In this document: positions 60,001 through 64,000 of the stretch, in pieces
How positions within the stretch are numbered: position 1 is the stretch's first letter
Layout: each line of letters begins with the position of its first letter
Source: Hyaloraphidium curvatum SAG 235-1
Lineage: Eukaryota; Fungi; Monoblepharomycota
Length of the DNA: 64,000 bases
NCBI GenBank assembly: GCA_025558095.1
Contig: JAIVFI010000001.1
Span: 868,001 to 932,000 of the forward strand
Direction of reading: 5' to 3'
Notes under the pieces: generated by a model
The model's database searches: none
Told to the model about the DNA's origin: nothing
Seen by the model: only the letters and a program-made list of their open reading frames with translations
Made by a program: the position numbers and the translations under genes

Positions 60001-60583
60001 GCCAGAGCTTCCGAAAGAAGGTGATTCGCATGGTCTGCTCGCTCTTTTGCACCGCTGAACCCTGGTCTGCTTTCATAGGAACCAGGGCAGTCTGCCTCGA
60101 AGGATGATCTCGGACTGCTGAACGACATTTGGGACGACTACGAGGCGCAGGTATGCATCTCGTTGCTGTTCTACTTGTCCCGCGGCTCATGCTTCGCCTT
60201 CGATGCAGAAGAAGAAACGGGCTGAAGCCGAACAGCGAAAGCTCCAGCCGGTAGCCGCCCCGCCGCAGGCGGCGAACGTCGAGGATTCGAAGCGCCCAGC
60301 GGGCAAGCAATCGCCGCCGAGCGCCCGCGGATTGACCCCCGAGCCGCAACGGGAGCCGGAACGGGAACCGGTGCCCCGTGAATTGACTGCGGAGGAGATC
60401 GAGGCGATGAAGCTTGCCGCCCGGCGCAAGCGCGAGGATGAGACGCGCGACTACATCGACTTGCGGCGGAAAAACTGTGTCATGGCGGCGTTTGAGGAGA
60501 CCCTGAGTCGCGACATGAAAGACGGCACGCTCATGGAGATGCGAAATCGCTTTGGTTTGGAATGGCATCCGTCGTTCTCCTGA
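57032..60583 (+). CDS. BDF1: BET-family double-bromodomain protein (BD1, BD2, ET, plus C-terminal BRD4-like extension)
   Basis: BD1 [37 protein letters not shown]; BD2 WFLYPV..PGYREVVKFPMDMSTM..FSNCYR; ET domain ITLEDKQFLTEQINSL..EIELDIETLDQNTLRKLYQFV; tail IDLRRKNCVMAAFEETL. Confidence 0.92.
58895..58985 (+). repeat. Coding (Arg-Glu)n hexanucleotide repeat in the BET gene
   Basis: GAACGC/GAGCGG/GAGCGC units encoding RERERE... Confidence 0.9.
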
Positions 60584-60588
60584 ATGTA

Positions 60589-61933
60589 TCATGTTGACGT
60601 TGGCTGCTCGCCGCGAATGCACAGTCTTTGTAGCCGGCGCCTTTCCTGGAGCAATGCCAAGCTCTCTGGATCCGACGTGTCCAGATCCCGCCATCGATGG
60701 AGGTTCATTCCTTTCAGAGCACTTTCCAGATTCGTCGCCATCATCTTTTCGTGCAGGATCTGGTCGGTGATACGGCTCAGAAACTGCTCAAGGCGCTCCT
60801 CAGCCTCCAGTGTCGTGCGAGCTTCCACATCTGCTTCCATGCGGAGGTTCAGGCGCTTGAGAGCATCGCTGTTTGTGCGCTCCGTGTCGGCTGCTTGCAG
60901 CTGCAGTGCTGCGACATCCTGCAAGGCGAGCGCGTTCGAAGCTTCGTTAGTTTTGATTTGGTGTAGAACGGATCGGAGCTCGTCCTCTCTGACCCCGAGC
61001 TTGGACTCCTGGAACTGAAGAGCAGTCTGGTGGGCGTGGAGCTCCGCATCCAGCTCTGCAATTTTCTCCTTTGCAGCCTGGTGGCGCATGTTGCATTCGG
61101 CCACGGCACCCAAGAGGCTGGCAAGTTCCGATCGCGCTCCATCGCACTGCAGAGAGACGAATCTTGCTGAGTCGGAGAGCTTCGCGGCGGCAGACTGAAG
61201 GCTGCGGAGCTCATGCTTCTTGCCCTCGATGAAGGATTTGACCGAATCGTTCTCTCGGCTGTCGGCTTCAACCGTGTCCCGAACGGATGTTGTCGCATCC
61301 CGTGCGTCTCCCAGGACTCGTTCCCTCAACGAGGTTTCGTTCCTCACAGCGGTAACGAGACTCTTGGGAGGTACCGTAAGCTCGCCCCCCGGCCGATTTT
61401 CCGAACAGGGTGACGGCAATCACCTCTTGGTGCGAATGCTGCTTTTGGCAATCGGCGATCTCGTTCAGCAGCCGATGCTCCTCTTCTTCCATTTCGCGAA
61501 TTGCTTTCTCGTTTGCGGAGAACCTCGACTGCAGCCGGAGGAGGGCCGAGTCCAGCTTTCGCGATCTGCGCTCCTCTCCTTCGATCCGGCGCCCAAGGTC
61601 GGCGATTTCGTCCTCCAACCCTTCAATCTCCCCCAGCAAGAGACGCATTTCGTTGCTTTGGATTGGAAGCTCGGGACCTGTGCGATGGTCCGCGCGGTTG
61701 AGCCGCTCCAAGACGGCATTCTCGGTCCGCACGCTCTCGGCTATACTGCGGCGAACTTCTGCGCAATGCCGCCGCTTCCCAAAGATCAATCCCTCCAGGT
61801 CCACGAGTTTGTCGCGAGCACGTCGCCGTTTTAGCTCGAGCTCCGCCACTTGCTCGTGCAGCCTTTCGTTATCCGTCGGGATCCCAGGGCGCTCCAACGC
61901 CATTGCGCTTTCAGTGCCCGGCGACCCCGTCAC
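60589..61933 (-). CDS. Coiled-coil protein, possibly a divergent, shortened CCDC39-like axonemal ruler protein
   Basis: Two ORFs joined by an intron at ~61367-61424; continuous heptads. The N-terminus (NERLHEQV...EMRLLLGEIEGLEDEIADL) loosely recalls CCDC39. Confidence 0.55.
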
Positions 61934-62155
61934 GGCTGCCAGTTCGTCGTTGTTCTTTCTTTATTGTTTTGCGAGACGGGCTGGCGCCGAAGCGACTGGA
62001 ATTGACACCAGCTTCGTGAAAGCTGCCTGAGTGCGCAGCCGCGGTCAACTCAACGTGAACGTGAACACAACAACCGTTCACCCACCCCTCTGCTCGCTCT
62101 CCATCTTCGTTTCAGAGTCCGGAAGTGACCTTCTGTTGAGGAATATCACACAGTA

Positions 62156-63085
62156 ATGGCGGAGGTGGGTTTTCCGAGCGGGATCTGAGGCGAGAGAGCT
62201 CATGAAATCGCCGCGACACTCCAACGTGGACGTCGGTTCCCGGGACCTCCTGCGGCCATCGTGCCTTCCAGCATCTCGCTTCGATTTACGGCACCGAAAA
62301 GGACAAGGTCAACTGCAGGTGGGCCCTCTTCCGCGCTCGGGAACGGTTCGGGGCGCTCATTCACGCTCCGGCCCAGCTTCTACTTCAAAATCGGGGCATG
62401 CCGGCACGGCGACCGGTGCTCGCGGAAGCATGTCCGGCCCAACTTTTCGCAGACGGTCCTGTTGGCGAACCTGTTCCAGAACCCGGCGCACGACCCGTCT
62501 TGCACCATGTCGGAGGACGAGATCCAGGAGATGTTCGACAACTTCTTCGAGGACATCTTCATCGAGCTCGCCAAGTACGGCGAGATTGAGGAGATGAACG
62601 TGTGCGACAATGTCGGGGACCATCTCGGTGGGCGTCGTGCCTTCCGGCCGCCGTTGGTCTCTTTGCTTACCTTGTCGTCCAGTGGGCAACATCTACATCC
62701 GGTACAAGTTCGAGGAGGATGCGCAAAAGGCGGTCGATGCCCTTAACATGCGATTCTATGCCGGGCGGCCAATCTACGCCGAATTGTCGCCGGTCACGGA
62801 CTTCCGGGAAGGTTGGTTCTGCGCGCCGAGGTTGCGTCGATCTGAGAACTAACCGCCCTCCTTCCAGCATGCTGCCGACAGTACGAGAACGGAGAGTGCA
62901 CGCGTGGCGGGTTCTGCAACTTCATGCACCTCAAACCGGTCACGAAATCCGTGGTCCGGAACCTCTTTGCTTCCCAGCGGGCGTCGCTCAAGATGAAGTC
63001 GGGCGGCCAGTCCCCGCGGTCGCGCAGTCGGTCTCGGGATCGCGGGGACCGGGACCGGGAGAGGGAGCGGGAGTGGCGCGGGTGA
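62156..63085 (+). CDS. U2AF1: Splicing factor U2AF small subunit
   Basis: [72 protein letters not shown]; RS tail. Confidence 0.97.
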
Positions 63086-63121
63086 TTGATGTCGATACCA
63101 ATTGATCCATCTCTGTCTCCC

Positions 63122-63825
63122 CTAGTATTTCCGCGTGTGTGCCCTGCGCCGCGTCAGCGTGTCCGCCACCTCCCAGATTTCCTTTTGGCGTGCCATCTTC
63201 TTTGGTTTTGCGGCCATCCCGGGCCGAAGAGGCGGCATCAGGCCCACCGGGAATCGTCCCCGCTCCAGGAGCAGCTCGTCATGCCGGACCCAGTCCGGCC
63301 ACTGCAGCTCGCTCTCCTGCAGCACATTCTCCTTGTCCGCCAGCCTTTCCCACAGGAGCGTGAATGGCTCGGAAGCCGACCGGTCCTCCTCGGCCGCCTC
63401 CTGGGCCGCGAGAAACACGTCCGAGTGCTCGTGCAGCAGCTCGCACAGGCGCTGCGAGAGCATCCTTGCCCTCGACTGCAGCACGTCCGTGTCCCCCGGC
63501 GGGCGATGGACGGGCAGCCTGACCTTTGCGCCGTGCCTCAGGTTGACGAGGCCGTGAGCCAGCTGGTGGTGGAACCGCTGCGGGGCCGTCAGCAGCATCG
63601 CGGCGCTGAGCCGCACGGGCCACCTGCCTCGACGTCCCACTTGTCCTCGCGGTCCCGCGGCCGCGGCAGGTTGGCTGCGACGAGGAACGGCACCCACTTG
63701 TCGTGGCGCAGCGGCGTGAGCGGGTTGCCGGTCTGCGCCATGTGCATCGCGCGCAGCACGAAGCTGCGGCTGACGATGCACTGGTCGAAGTGCACGTGGC
63801 GGAAGAGGTACACCGGCGAGGCCAT
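63122..63825 (-). CDS. MHR1: Mitochondrial ribosomal protein mL67/Mhr1-like
   Basis: VYLFRHVHFDQCIVS...PLRHDKWVPF matches the Mhr1 pattern (QVvYS...LRkDxWxP); ELQWPD near the C-terminus. Confidence 0.7.
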
Positions 63826-63932
63826 CGTGCGGGGGGCGGGGGCGGATGATGAGGGAACCCGCGACGATCAACGATCAACAGTCGCACGAGCGACCGGCCT
63901 GGCCGGGTAGACCACACCCGCGGGCCGCCGCA

Positions 63933-64000
63933 ATGGACATCAGGAACTTCTTCTCCAAAGCGTCGGGCTCGTCGGCAAAGTCCAAGCGCGCCGACGCCGA
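63933..64000 (+). CDS. 5' end of a gene starting MDIRNFF (RFC1-like N-terminus), truncated by window
   Basis: ATG GAC ATC AGG AAC TTC TTC...; an MDIRxFF start is typical of replication factor C subunit 1, but only 22 codons are visible. Confidence 0.4.
   Translation, partial: MDIRNFFSKASGSSAKSKRADA

Noticed and set aside
62375-62940. Altered U2AF1 zinc-finger residues explaining the relaxed 3' splice sites
   Set aside because: The residues equivalent to S34 (CSR) and Q157 (CRQY) are canonical.
1-64000. tRNA, rRNA or snRNA genes; a functional gene cluster among the host genes
   Set aside because: No RNA gene was recognisable by eye, and the host genes are unrelated housekeeping functions with no pathway clustering.

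Overview
This is eukaryotic, GC-rich, extremely gene-dense DNA with many ~50-60 nt spliceosomal introns. The gene set and architecture suggest an early-diverging fungus (chytrid/monoblepharid-like; this is inference, not a database result). About 23 host genes occupy 1-15.8 kb and 28.8-64 kb, often only 5-90 nt apart or overlapping: TSC2, exportin-7-like, an FHA+HMG-like protein, cyclin L, Vip1/PPIP5K, Rxt3, TRAPPC10, DPH2, SEC31, DPM2, a PRRC2/BAT2-like protein, a dicarboxylate carrier, zf-HIT, RBBP5, WDR4/Trm82, SEC6, TFIIIC-delta, a BET bromodomain protein, U2AF1, mL67/MHR1 and others. Between them lies one ~13 kb, lower-GC island with no host genes (15.8-28.8 kb). It is built from nested, decayed LINE, Ty3/Gypsy, Copia and Helitron-type (PIF1) pieces and is a candidate centromere or heterochromatin block. 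The standout is a 2,109-bp intronless fragment of a bacterial-type cobalamin-dependent methionine synthase gene (metH), inserted in sense and in frame into the middle of a LINE ORF. It carries CpG-type transitions at conserved residues, which argues for real integration and decay rather than contamination. Other highlights: a 1.2-kb non-coding SINE-like element with tandem three-way-junction repeats, a LINE-derived 3' end and a 5-bp TSD; an inversion reconstructable from swapped TSD flanks; and a BET gene with a BRD4/fs(1)h-like C-terminal domain and an apparent short/long isoform switch. Exon boundaries were inferred by eye; gene spans are start-to-stop and include introns.
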